A DNA stretch of 32,000 nt, taken from the NCBI GenBank assembly GCA_030614005.1, contig JAUWKS010000001.1, positions 30,001-62,000 of the forward strand. The letters run 5' to 3'. The DNA is from Candidatus Heimdallarchaeota archaeon. Its GTDB lineage: Archaea; Asgardarchaeota; Heimdallarchaeia; JABLTI01. Positions 10,180 to 19,380 of this stretch are shown here, one piece after another. A model generated the notes under the pieces. It was not told the DNA's origin, searched no databases, and worked only from the letters and a program-made list of their open reading frames with translations. Within the stretch, counting starts at the first letter, position 1; every line of letters starts with the position of its first letter. A program made the translations under genes and the position numbers.

Positions 10180-11715
10180 TTGAGTAAAGTGGAATTTAAA
10201 CAACTTAGTCCGGCAGATTTTTTCTATCGCAACAGGGAATTAGCTGGTTTTGATACTCCTACAAAAAGTCTCTATACAGCTTTCAGAGAGATATTGGAAA
10301 ACTCTTTGGACGGTGCAGAAATAGGCGGTATTAATCCTGATATATTTATCGTAATTAAAAAGAAAAGTGAAGACGTTTACACGATTTTCATAAGTGATAA
10401 CGGAATAGGTATTCCTGGTAAAAAAGTACCTAATGCTCTAGCGAAGCTTCTTTTTGGTGGGAAATATGTTGAACGACAATCCAGAGGGCACTTTGGACTC
10501 GGAGCATCAATGACCGTCCTATATTCTCAAATTACAACCAATCTACCAACACGAGTATTAAGTTGTACAAGAGGGAGCGATGAAATTGATGAATATCATT
10601 TAATGATTAATATCCAGCGAAATGAACCAATCATCAGATATCATGCTAAATTACCCAACAAGAAAAAATGGCATGGCGTAACTGTTGAAGTGAATATCGA
10701 AGGAGATTATGGACGAGCGCATCCAAAAATCTTAGAATACATAAAAGCGACAGCAATGGTAGCACCATACGCAAACATAACATTCATAGACGCCTATGGC
10801 ACGCTTTATAAATTTAATAAAGTGATAGACGAAGTTCCAAAGCTAGGTGAACCAGTATTACCTCATCCAAGAGGAGTCGATACTGAAAAAATGCTTCGAT
10901 TGTTAAGAGTCGCGAGACAAAGATCAATGAATAAATTCCTTCAAAATAATTTCCAACGAATAGGAGAAATAACAGCAAAGAATTTCCTTAAATTTGTTGA
11001 TATTAAACCAGACAAAGACCCTCAAAAACTAGAGCACGATGAAATTGTTCGAATAGTTCAAGGAATGAATTCCTTTGAAGATTTTCTCAGCCCCGAAACA
11101 AAATGCCTTTCCCCAATTGGAGAGAATGTTCTTACTAAAGGCATAATGAAAGAATTAGAACCTGACTTTGTTACAGCAATTACGAGAAGACCACAAGCAT
11201 ATTCAGGTCATCCTTTCGTCATTGAAATTGCTTTTGCTTATGGAGGAAAAACAATTGAGAGAAGCTCCGAGCCAAATCTATTCCGATTTGCAAATAGAAT
11301 ACCACTACTGTATGATCAGTATGCAGACGTTTCAGCCAAAGTGATTCGAACATTCAACTGGCGAATGTATAAAGTTCCAGATAATGCTCAATTAGCTATC
11401 ATTACTCATGTTGCTTCTACCAAAGTTCCGTATAGAACTGCAGGGAAAGAATCTATTTCCGATCGAGAGGAAATTGAACGAGAAGTGAGATTAGCTATGC
11501 AGGTTTGTGCTAGAAAGCTTCGAGTGTATCTTTCAAGAATTGATAGAGAACATAGACAAGCAATACGAACAAGCATTTTTGAAAAATATGTTCCATACAT
11601 TGCTCGATTTGCCACTAGACTTAGTGGAAAGAAAACTATTCCCTCTACAGACTTTGTAGTAGGAGGAGGAGAAGCAAAAACTGAAGATCAGAAAGTCAAT
11701 TCAGGTGTGAAATGA
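10180..11715 (+). CDS. top6B: DNA topoisomerase VI subunit B
   Basis: GHKL motifs EILENSLDG, DNGIGI, RGHFGLGAS; H2TH region; RFANRIPLL transducer motif; TTG start. Confidence 0.97.
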   Translation: MSKVEFKQLSPADFFYRNRELAGFDTPTKSLYTAFREILENSLDGAEIGGINPDIFIVIKKKSEDVYTIFISDNGIGIPGKKVPNALAKLLFGGKYVERQSRGHFGLGASMTVLYSQITTNLPTRVLSCTRGSDEIDEYHLMINIQRNEPIIRYHAKLPNKKKWHGVTVEVNIEGDYGRAHPKILEYIKATAMVAPYANITFIDAYGTLYKFNKVIDEVPKLGEPVLPHPRGVDTEKMLRLLRVARQRSMNKFLQNNFQRIGEITAKNFLKFVDIKPDKDPQKLEHDEIVRIVQGMNSFEDFLSPETKCLSPIGENVLTKGIMKELEPDFVTAITRRPQAYSGHPFVIEIAFAYGGKTIERSSEPNLFRFANRIPLLYDQYADVSAKVIRTFNWRMYKVPDNAQLAIITHVASTKVPYRTAGKESISDREEIEREVRLAMQVCARKLRVYLSRIDREHRQAIRTSIFEKYVPYIARFATRLSGKKTIPSTDFVVGGGEAKTEDQKVNSGVK

Positions 11716-11716
11716 A

Positions 11717-12841
11717 ATGTCAAAACAAAAACCGGAAAATCGTGCAGAAAAAATAAAGCAACAATCATTTGATAAACTAGTTACACTTGGAAATAAAATA
11801 TACAAGCAACTCCAAGAAGAAAAATATCCTGAATTTGATATGCCATCAAGAACGAGCTCTAATATCTACTATGATGAAAAAACAAGACAATTTTCACTCG
11901 GGAAGAAGAAAATTAGAAGATCGTCAAGAAATGTTAGACATCTGAAACCGTTTCTACAAACAATGTTCGTTGCAATGTTCGCTGCTCGAGACCTTTTAGA
12001 ACCAGGAAGAACAAGCACATTGAGAGATCTGTACTATTCTTCAGAATCAGCAATGGCAAAAATGTTCAAAAACCAATCTGAATCGGACAATATTATCACC
12101 GATGTAGAATCAATTATTGGAATGGCTCGAGAGGATTTCAATATTTTTCCAGACGCTCGAAGCACTATTTATGGCGACCTGACTATTTCCTTCAAAGATA
12201 AGAAAACTGGAAACAAACGCGAAATTAATCTCACATTTAACCCAGATGGACAAACAATAGGTCCAACAATGGTTAGAAGTGATTTTGTAAAAACATCAGC
12301 AAAAAAGGTAATCTGTATCGAATCAGGTGGAATGTTTCAGAGATTAATTGAAGAAGATGCAGATGAAAAATTTGATGCTATTCTTGTCCATCTAGCAGGG
12401 CAAGCACCAAGAGGAACTAGAAGAATAATCAGAAGATTAAATGAAGAAATGGGATTACCTGTTTACGCATTTGTAGACGGAGATCCCTGGGGCATTCACA
12501 TCTACAATGTCATTGCTGCTGGTAGTGCTAGTGCAGCTCATCTTTCTGGTTTAACGACACCAGATGCAGTTTGGATGGGATTAACAGCCACAGATATAAC
12601 AAGATATGAACTTCCAACAGATCAATTTACTAAAGGAGACACAACTCGTACGGTTCAATTACTTCGTGACCCTCGTTATCAGAAGCCCTATCTTCAAGAA
12701 GAGTTAAAGAAATTCCTAAAGCTTAAACGAAAGGCAGAGCAACAATCTCTTACTTCAAAGAGTCTTACTTTTGTTGTTGATGAATATTTACCCGCAAAAT
12801 TCAAGGAAATTGAGAAATTACAGAAAGCAGGAAAAATCTAA
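11717..12841 (+). CDS. top6A: DNA topoisomerase VI subunit A
   Basis: TLRDLYY catalytic Tyr; TOPRIM IESGG and DGDPWG; KAEQQ motif; 1 bp after top6B. Confidence 0.97.
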   Translation: MSKQKPENRAEKIKQQSFDKLVTLGNKIYKQLQEEKYPEFDMPSRTSSNIYYDEKTRQFSLGKKKIRRSSRNVRHLKPFLQTMFVAMFAARDLLEPGRTSTLRDLYYSSESAMAKMFKNQSESDNIITDVESIIGMAREDFNIFPDARSTIYGDLTISFKDKKTGNKREINLTFNPDGQTIGPTMVRSDFVKTSAKKVICIESGGMFQRLIEEDADEKFDAILVHLAGQAPRGTRRIIRRLNEEMGLPVYAFVDGDPWGIHIYNVIAAGSASAAHLSGLTTPDAVWMGLTATDITRYELPTDQFTKGDTTRTVQLLRDPRYQKPYLQEELKKFLKLKRKAEQQSLTSKSLTFVVDEYLPAKFKEIEKLQKAGKI

Positions 12842-12843
12842 CA
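12806..12843 (+). repeat. Direct repeat copy 1 (top6A 3' end; putative attL)
   Basis: gaaattgagaaattacagaaagcaggaaaaatctaaca; 33/38 identical to 15380-15417, last 20 nt identical. Confidence 0.85.
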
Positions 12844-12882
12844 GTTCTTCCTCATTTATTAAACGTTGGTTTTAAAATAACA

Positions 12883-13320
12883 TCAACGTTTCCTTTTTTT
12901 AATTATTATTGGAATTATTACTGAAGTCGGAATGATTAATGAAGCACCAATTGAACCAATAATTATTGCATTTCGCACTGTGTTATCTTTATTTTCGATA
13001 ATTCTCCAAATGGCTAAAGGAAGAGCAGGTTGAACACTACTAGGATCAACAGTAAAACAAAAGATATAGTCCCCTTTTATGAAAGGGTCATAGATAGAAT
13101 AGATTTCTTGTTCTTCTGGTTTTGGTTCAGAAATAAATACGAATTCATTCTCATTGTTTTTCCCTAACAAACCACTGACTCCTTTGAATATATTATCATT
13201 ATAAGCAAGAAATCGATTAGTCGTAAAATCTATTGCTAGGTGCTGGATATCTTCATGAAAAAAAAATACTAACCAAATATCTTAGACAGGTATGTTTTTG
13301 TATCTATTTATCGAAGACAT
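12883..13320 (-). pseudogene. Remnant of a C-terminally anchored membrane/surface protein
   Basis: Ends in a TM helix plus KKRKR; frame open to 13281, in-frame TAA at 13282-13284, upstream ATG at 13320; no signal peptide. Confidence 0.5.
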
Positions 13321-13943
13321 ATCTTTTTTCTCTTTTTTGTTGTATACTTGCTCAAGAATTTTCTATTATGTAAAATTTTCATCTATTCTTTGTAAATTGA
13401 ATATATTCATGAAAAAAACACTTTTTTTTAAAGACTAGGTCATCAACTTTCAAAAACAAGTTTTTTTGCCGTTAGAGAAATCGCAAAGTGGATATTGACA
13501 AATTATTAGTATTATTTTTTCCCCTCTTTAAATATTTATGACATGGAGAAAAAAATGATTTAAATAAAAAGTTACTTATTATCTATTTAATGGTCATGAG
13601 CTCCATAAAATTAGACTCATACACTAAGAAACCTTTCATTGGTTAAATACTAGCACCATCTAAGCTTTATTCTCATTGATGAAAGTTAATGTTTTTTGAT
13701 GTATCCCTCAACAGAGCTTAAAATTGAACTTTATTTAGAACCAGTATAAAAAAAAGAAGCGTAAGTAAAGTATACTAAATAAGTACACATTAAACTTATA
13801 AAAAATAACCAGTGAGAAAGCTTGTCCTCGATTTACTTAAAAGAAGAGAAAAGTACAATAGCGAAAAGATATATTAATATCTAATATCAAATATTGTTTG
13901 GAGAGATATTATTTTTCTATTACAAAATAATTGGTGAGTTAAT

Positions 13944-14723
13944 TTGAAAAAGGAATATAGATTATTACAAATTTTAATAATTATAGCATTGCTTTTGACA
14001 TCTCAAATTCTTTCAGTAATCTCTTATGGACATGATTTTACTTTCCCATTTTATGATTATTCAGAAGGGGATGTAGCATACATTATCAATGATGAGTATC
14101 AAGGAATAAATAATACTCAACCATCTATAGATATTAAGTCTTTGAACAATAATATTACTTCATCACAAATAGAGCTTAATTTGTATGGGATACCAATACT
14201 TGATCCATCTCACGGTTATAGAATACTAATAAATTGGAATGGGGTGTTAAACTTTAATTATATATATATATTAGAAATTCAGAACTGGAACCTTGCTGTA
14301 CCCTCCACATCAAATATTACTCTCTGTTTTGCAGGGGGACTAAGTGGTTTTGGTATTTCAAATGGATCATATACTAGGCTTTGTAATAGTTCGGGAACAC
14401 CTATCTTAACTGAATCCAGGAACAATACTGTGAGTCTAGTTGGAAACTCACTTGTCTTTCCTTTCAACCAAACCTTGATAACAACTCCATCAAAACCTGT
14501 CGATGTTCTGGTTGTTACCACATACAATAGTACCACATCAGAAATATCAGGTACTTCAACTTCAGTCATAAAGAAAACATGGATAGATTCAACGGAAGAT
14601 AAATATATTTTAGATTTGTACAATATGGTAACAGCTCAAATAAAAATTAATCTTGTAATTTTTATTGGTATAATTGGAATAATAGGTACAAGTCAAGTTA
14701 TTTATTTGAAAAGAAGGAAGTAA
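13944..14723 (+). CDS. Secreted, C-terminally membrane-anchored cell-surface protein, unknown function
   Basis: GGTGA SD and TTG start; signal-peptide-like N-terminus; Ser/Thr/Asn-rich body with many N-x-S/T sequons; TM plus KRRK tail. Confidence 0.8.
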   Translation: MKKEYRLLQILIIIALLLTSQILSVISYGHDFTFPFYDYSEGDVAYIINDEYQGINNTQPSIDIKSLNNNITSSQIELNLYGIPILDPSHGYRILINWNGVLNFNYIYILEIQNWNLAVPSTSNITLCFAGGLSGFGISNGSYTRLCNSSGTPILTESRNNTVSLVGNSLVFPFNQTLITTPSKPVDVLVVTTYNSTTSEISGTSTSVIKKTWIDSTEDKYILDLYNMVTAQIKINLVIFIGIIGIIGTSQVIYLKRRK

Positions 14724-15379
14724 TTAATTATTTTCTTCTATTTTTTTCTCAATCATCCTCGAAAACTCTGTTAAAAAAATTTATTATTGTGATAGTATTC
14801 TTTTCTTTTTAAAAGGTAAAAAATTAAATATTTATAAAAAAATGCTAATAAATTGAGAAGTTTAGTATTACAATTATGTAGTTGATATTCTTCTTGAGGA
14901 TGTTGTTCGAGAGTTGCGTTTGCGTGATGTTCCTGAACTTCTCTTTCTCCATTCTGAACATAGAATCAAATATTGACTGATCCTTCCGGAATAGAACCTA
15001 GTTTGAGGGAAATCTTCCTCTGCAATTCTAGTTCTATATTTGTGTTTTTGCCTCAGTAACTGAAGCTCAAATTGATTTGAGTATTTTTAAACAGGACGAG
15101 AGCAGAGAGAAGCCCCCGTCACAGGAAAAGGGAGTTATTTATTTTATAGAGAGAGAGGTTTATGGGATTTGAAGAATAGACCATTCTTCAGTAGAGTAAT
15201 AGGAATTTAGCTATTTAAAGCTCTAAATGGAATACTTTCTTGTATCTCTTTAAGCTAACCAATTTAATGAGATGGAATCACATCTTGAGAGTGATCTACT
15301 TATGTCTCATGGTTCTTATCATCCCCCTTGGAGAGAAACGGAAGAAGACCGAAAAAAGAAGGCATTATTCTTACGGTAT

Positions 15380-15417
15380 GAAATTAGAGAATTACAAAAA
15401 GCAGGAAAAATCTAACA
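15380..15417 (+). repeat. Direct repeat copy 2 (displaced top6A 3' end; putative attR)
   Basis: gaaattagagaattacaaaaagcaggaaaaatctaaca encodes EIRELQKAGKI* versus EIEKLQKAGKI* at the end of top6A. Confidence 0.85.
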
Positions 15418-15443
15418 TTTTCCTGCCACGTTTTCTTTTTTTT

Positions 15444-16154
15444 CTATCCCGTTTCTGTCTCTCTTCCTATAGGGATTTTTTTCTTTACACTCTCTAATAG
15501 CCTTATTAATAATGCAATATCTAGCGATAAAACAATTAGCCCCGATGTTAGATGTAGAAAACCATTTGCACCTATTACCCAATCCATTAAAATATTACTC
15601 CAAGGTGGACCAATGGGTAGAATGAGAGCAACAGGTATACACAGTAAAACAACAATAGTGCCTATATATCTAACAGGCATTTTGAATGCTAATGTTAGAA
15701 ACATAAAAAATATACTGTAAGCTATCACAACTAAGGGGTTGAAATAGAATAATGTCCCTACAAAAACTCCTAACCCTTGTCCCCCATTAAATTTTAACCA
15801 GATAGGATAATTATGACCAATAACACATAAACCAGGACCAAGTATACACATGAAGGTATGGTAGATGTTTGATCCATCCAAAGCAATAAAATGTTTTAAA
15901 GAAAAAATATGGTCAATAAGTGCAATTGCAAGAGTTCCTTTAAAACAATCAAGAAGCAAGACAATATAACCGAATGTTATCCCAAACGTTCTTACTGCAT
16001 TCATTGCACCAGGGTTTCCGGTATTGTAATCTCTTAAATCCTTTCCTTTTACTAATTGCCCTAACCAAACAGAGGTAGGTATCGAACCAAGTAAATAGGA
16101 CCCAATACAGGCTAATATAATCCATAATATATCTATAGCTGCCATTTCTATCAT
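15444..16154 (-). CDS. plsY: PlsY-family glycerol-3-phosphate acyltransferase homologue (divergent motifs)
   Basis: YLLGSIP, DLR...GNPGAMNAVR, LDCFKG, GHNYPIW..F.GGQG motifs; multi-TM. Start could be 16145. Confidence 0.85.
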   Translation of the reverse strand: MIEMAAIDILWIILACIGSYLLGSIPTSVWLGQLVKGKDLRDYNTGNPGAMNAVRTFGITFGYIVLLLDCFKGTLAIALIDHIFSLKHFIALDGSNIYHTFMCILGPGLCVIGHNYPIWLKFNGGQGLGVFVGTLFYFNPLVVIAYSIFFMFLTLAFKMPVRYIGTIVVLLCIPVALILPIGPPWSNILMDWVIGANGFLHLTSGLIVLSLDIALLIRLLESVKKKIPIGRETETG

Positions 16155-16420
16155 ATCGTTGGAAATAGTTGATAATTAGCTTGATTATGAAAAGAGGTTA
16201 TTTTTAAATGTTGATTACAACCATCATTTTTGAGAAATCGATACGAAATATTTTTTTTGTGCTTATATAAATCAATAATTGGTAAATGATAGCTAAATGT
16301 CCGTTTTTCAAAATCAACTTTAAAGAAATTAAACAAACCAAAAAATGGGTTGATTCGTATAATATATAAAGAACTCATTACAAATATTAATACAGTCAAT
16401 ATGAGGGGGAAATAATTCAT
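16151..16420 (-). CDS. Hypothetical protein (doubtful)
   Basis: Long open frame in very AT-rich DNA whose stop overlaps the plsY ATG (ATGA); no recognisable motif; 5' end abuts the divergent receiver gene. Confidence 0.25.
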   Translation of the reverse strand: MNYFPLILTVLIFVMSSLYIIRINPFFGLFNFFKVDFEKRTFSYHLPIIDLYKHKKNISYRFLKNDGCNQHLKITSFHNQANYQLFPTI

Positions 16421-18847
16421 AATCAAATCAATGTCCTTCACCTTGAAGACAATAAAAAAGATGCAGAGTTAATTGAAGCAATGCTCACGTCTGAGCAAAT
16501 TGATTTTACTATTTTTCTAGTAGATAATCGTGAAGATTTTCTAAAAATATTGAACGAAAAAAAAATTGATCTAATTATTGCTGATTACAGCCTTCCCTCA
16601 TTCGATGGTCTCTCTGCTCTAAATTTACTACTAGAAATAAAACTGGACATTCCATTTATTTTTGTCTCTGGTGTTTTGAGTGAAGATGTAGCAATTGAGG
16701 CATTACATCATGGAGCAACAGATTATATTGTAAAGTCTAAGTTAGAAAGATTGATCCCATCGATTAAAAGAGTAATTCAAGAAATAAATGAAAGAGAACA
16801 AAGAAAAAAAATGGAGGAGGAAATTACTCAACACGAAGCAATGTATCAGAAAATAGGTGAACGTGTTCGAGGTTTTTTAAGGATGGATCTCCCCTCAGGA
16901 AAATTCACTTTAGTTGACAAATACTTTGTTGAGTTAAGTGGTTATTCAATGAATGAATGGTATCAAACACCAAATTTTCTTCAAAAAATTATCCATCAAG
17001 ATTTTCATGAATACTTTAATGAAAACTTCAAGAAAATGCAACAAGGAATTGTACCGAAAGTAATGGAGTATAAAATAATCCGTAAAGATGACAAGGTACG
17101 TTGGTGGATACAATTCAATCTTGGAGCATATGATATTGATCAAAAATTAATATCAATGTCAATGATAATTATTGATAACACTGAAATCAAGGAATCACAA
17201 TTAAAATATCAACACATATTTGAAAATGCTATTATTGGAATCTTTAGAATAGATATTAAAGCTGGTGAAATAACTGATGCTAATGATACAATGGCAAGAA
17301 TTTTCGGTTATGCATCAATTGATGAATTAAAAAAATATACAGCTAAGATTTTTAGCAATTTTGAAGAACAAAGAGAACCATTTCTTAAAATTATCCGTAA
17401 TGAAGGTTACGTTTTAGGATATCAGATGCGAGCAATAAAGAAAGACGGAACACCTATATGGATTAATTTATCTGGAAAATTATATCCTAGTGAAGGTTAT
17501 GTAGAAGGTTTTTTAATCGATATTTCTGATCGGAAAAAAGCTGAAGAGATGCTTGAAAGAGATAGAAGAGCATATCAAATTATGTCTGAAGCAGCATTGC
17601 AAGCAGAAGATATACCTGACTTGTGCAATCAAGTTTTAGTTGGACTTGTTGAAAACCTATATTTTGATTTTGGCGTTGTTCATTTGTATAATAAGGAAGA
17701 AGAATTACTTGAGCTAGTTGTAACTCATGGGATTACTAAAAAAGTCATTAAAGAAATAGAAAAAATTGCCTTGGATGATCCAGACTGTTTAACAGCAAAA
17801 GTTGCTAGAACTAAAAAAGCGATTTTTTCCCCAGATATAAGTAAAAGTAAAAAGTATCATCAGAAGAAGATATCACTTCACTCACCTGTTGTACAAGGTT
17901 TTGTTTCTTGGCCTATTTTAAATGCTGAAGGAAATTTACTTGGTACGGTGCAAATTTCATCAAAGAAACCTAAAGAACTACTTGAAGAAGATAGAGCTAT
18001 CTTTGAAACACTTGTGAAATTCTTCGCTATTGCTCTTGAAAGAAAGTTTGGAGAAAAAGCTCTACAAACGAGTGAAGAAAAGTATCGAAATTTATTTCAA
18101 GAAACACCTATAGGGATTTTATCTTGTGATAAAAAAGGAGTCATTCAATCTGTTAATAAAACAGCTCTTCAGATTCTTGGCTCACCTTCTGAAGAAGCAA
18201 CCAAAGAGATCAATCTGTTAACCTTTCCATTGTTAGTCAAATTTGGAATTTCCAAAGATCTCAAAACGTGTTTGAAAACTGGTGAAATGATTCAGAATGA
18301 AAGAGTATATAGTACAAAATGGGGTAAGGAAATCATTCTCCTTTACAAAATATTCCCCATGAAAGATCAAGATGGAAGTATTATAGGAGCTATGTCAACC
18401 TTTGAAGACATATCTGATAGAAAACATAATGAAAAATTACTTCTGGAAAGTGAGAGAAGATATAGATTGCTCGCTGAAAACATCACTGATGTTATTTTTA
18501 CACTAAATCTAAACTGGGAAATCACATACGCTAATCCTGCAATTAAAAATTTAATTGGATACACTGATAAAGAGATATTAGTAAAAAATCTGACTGAACT
18601 TCTTAAACCTCATTCATTAGAGTTAGCTTTTAAAACACTCTCAGAAGAGCTTGAAATTGAGGTAGAAGAGGACAAAGATCTTCACAGATCAAGAATAATA
18701 GATCTTGAGTTTAATTGCAAAGATGGATCTTCTGTTTTAGTAGAAGCCAAAGTCACTTTTCAACGTGATAATGATGATAAAGTAGTCGGTATGTTGGGTG
18801 TTCTCCGAGATATCTCCAGAAGAAAAGAGATGAAAAGTAAAGATTAG
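16415..18847 (+). CDS. Response regulator, REC-PAS-PAS-GAF-PAS-PAS, no output or kinase domain
   Basis: In-frame upstream extension gives INVLHLEDNKKDAELIEAML (receiver beta1); IADYSLPSFDG phospho-Asp; FVSG; DYIVK; repeated PAS C-terminal D(I/N)(S/T)xxK motifs. True start uncertain (no in-frame ATG before 16481). Confidence 0.85.
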   Translation: MHNQINVLHLEDNKKDAELIEAMLTSEQIDFTIFLVDNREDFLKILNEKKIDLIIADYSLPSFDGLSALNLLLEIKLDIPFIFVSGVLSEDVAIEALHHGATDYIVKSKLERLIPSIKRVIQEINEREQRKKMEEEITQHEAMYQKIGERVRGFLRMDLPSGKFTLVDKYFVELSGYSMNEWYQTPNFLQKIIHQDFHEYFNENFKKMQQGIVPKVMEYKIIRKDDKVRWWIQFNLGAYDIDQKLISMSMIIIDNTEIKESQLKYQHIFENAIIGIFRIDIKAGEITDANDTMARIFGYASIDELKKYTAKIFSNFEEQREPFLKIIRNEGYVLGYQMRAIKKDGTPIWINLSGKLYPSEGYVEGFLIDISDRKKAEEMLERDRRAYQIMSEAALQAEDIPDLCNQVLVGLVENLYFDFGVVHLYNKEEELLELVVTHGITKKVIKEIEKIALDDPDCLTAKVARTKKAIFSPDISKSKKYHQKKISLHSPVVQGFVSWPILNAEGNLLGTVQISSKKPKELLEEDRAIFETLVKFFAIALERKFGEKALQTSEEKYRNLFQETPIGILSCDKKGVIQSVNKTALQILGSPSEEATKEINLLTFPLLVKFGISKDLKTCLKTGEMIQNERVYSTKWGKEIILLYKIFPMKDQDGSIIGAMSTFEDISDRKHNEKLLLESERRYRLLAENITDVIFTLNLNWEITYANPAIKNLIGYTDKEILVKNLTELLKPHSLELAFKTLSEELEIEVEEDKDLHRSRIIDLEFNCKDGSSVLVEAKVTFQRDNDDKVVGMLGVLRDISRRKEMKSKD

Positions 18848-19202
18848 TCAATTTTACTTGACACCTTATCAACCATTTTCCATTCACCTTTAATTTTAAC
18901 AAAATTGTGAAAATCGTAATACCAATTAGCATATTGTAATTTTACACTGGCAATTGTTCCTTCTATTTGAATGGAAAGAATTTTGATAATAGCTTTATCA
19001 TACCATTCCTTCTTTGCTTTTTCATCTGGAAAGCGTACATGATCAGGTTTCCAGTGATCGTAAAGTTTCTTGCTAGTTTCAACATTGCCTAAAAATAGTC
19101 TTGCATCCGGATGGACAACAGAAATCATTTTCTTATAATCTAACTCTCTTGAACCTTCAATATATGTGCTTATCGTTTTTTTAGTTTTTCAAATTCAGTC
19201 AT
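18844..19202 (-). pseudogene. NTF2-like (putative lumazine-binding type) protein with a one-base frameshift
   Basis: ATG at 19202 reads MTEFEKLKKR*; adding one A in the A7 run (19176-19182) joins it to TISTYIEGSRELDYKKMISVVHPDARL...GEWKMVDKV, 119 aa. Confidence 0.75.
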
Positions 19203-19380
19203 AAGAATCCCAATTCACTTAGTTGATAGCAGATAATTAATATTGTCGGTAGTCTTCTTTTGATTTAATTACAAAAATTTATAGTTTCGATTACAGATTA
19301 ATATTTTATCCTTGAACCTTTCTTTGAGTTCATGGTTTGGCAACACATCCTTTACGGAACAAGGTTGGTGACTCATCACA

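Larger units (their letters stand above)
12806..15417. mobile_element. Putative integrated, decayed genomic islet in the top6A 3' end (no integrase seen)
   Basis: Flanking 38-bp direct repeats 2574 bp apart; cargo of surface-protein genes and long AT-rich ORF-poor stretches. Confidence 0.6.

Noticed and set aside
14866-15081. Protein-like fragments (VDILLEDVVRELRLRDVPELL...; minus-strand NITQTQLS) and a 16-bp palindrome at 15066-15081 as an integrase or HTH remnant
   Set aside because: Frames are short and bounded by stops, with no recombinase catalytic motif; cannot be supported without a profile search
15107-15137. gagaagcccccgtcacaggaaaagggagtt, faintly like an IS200/IS605 right-end hairpin
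   Set aside because: The stem does not pair fully and no tnpA/tnpB remnant was recognised nearby; too weak to call
15240-15497. 85-aa plus-strand ORF across the second top6A repeat
   Set aside because: Overlaps the plsY 3' end antisense, low-complexity translation, and not in the frame that preserves the top6A peptide
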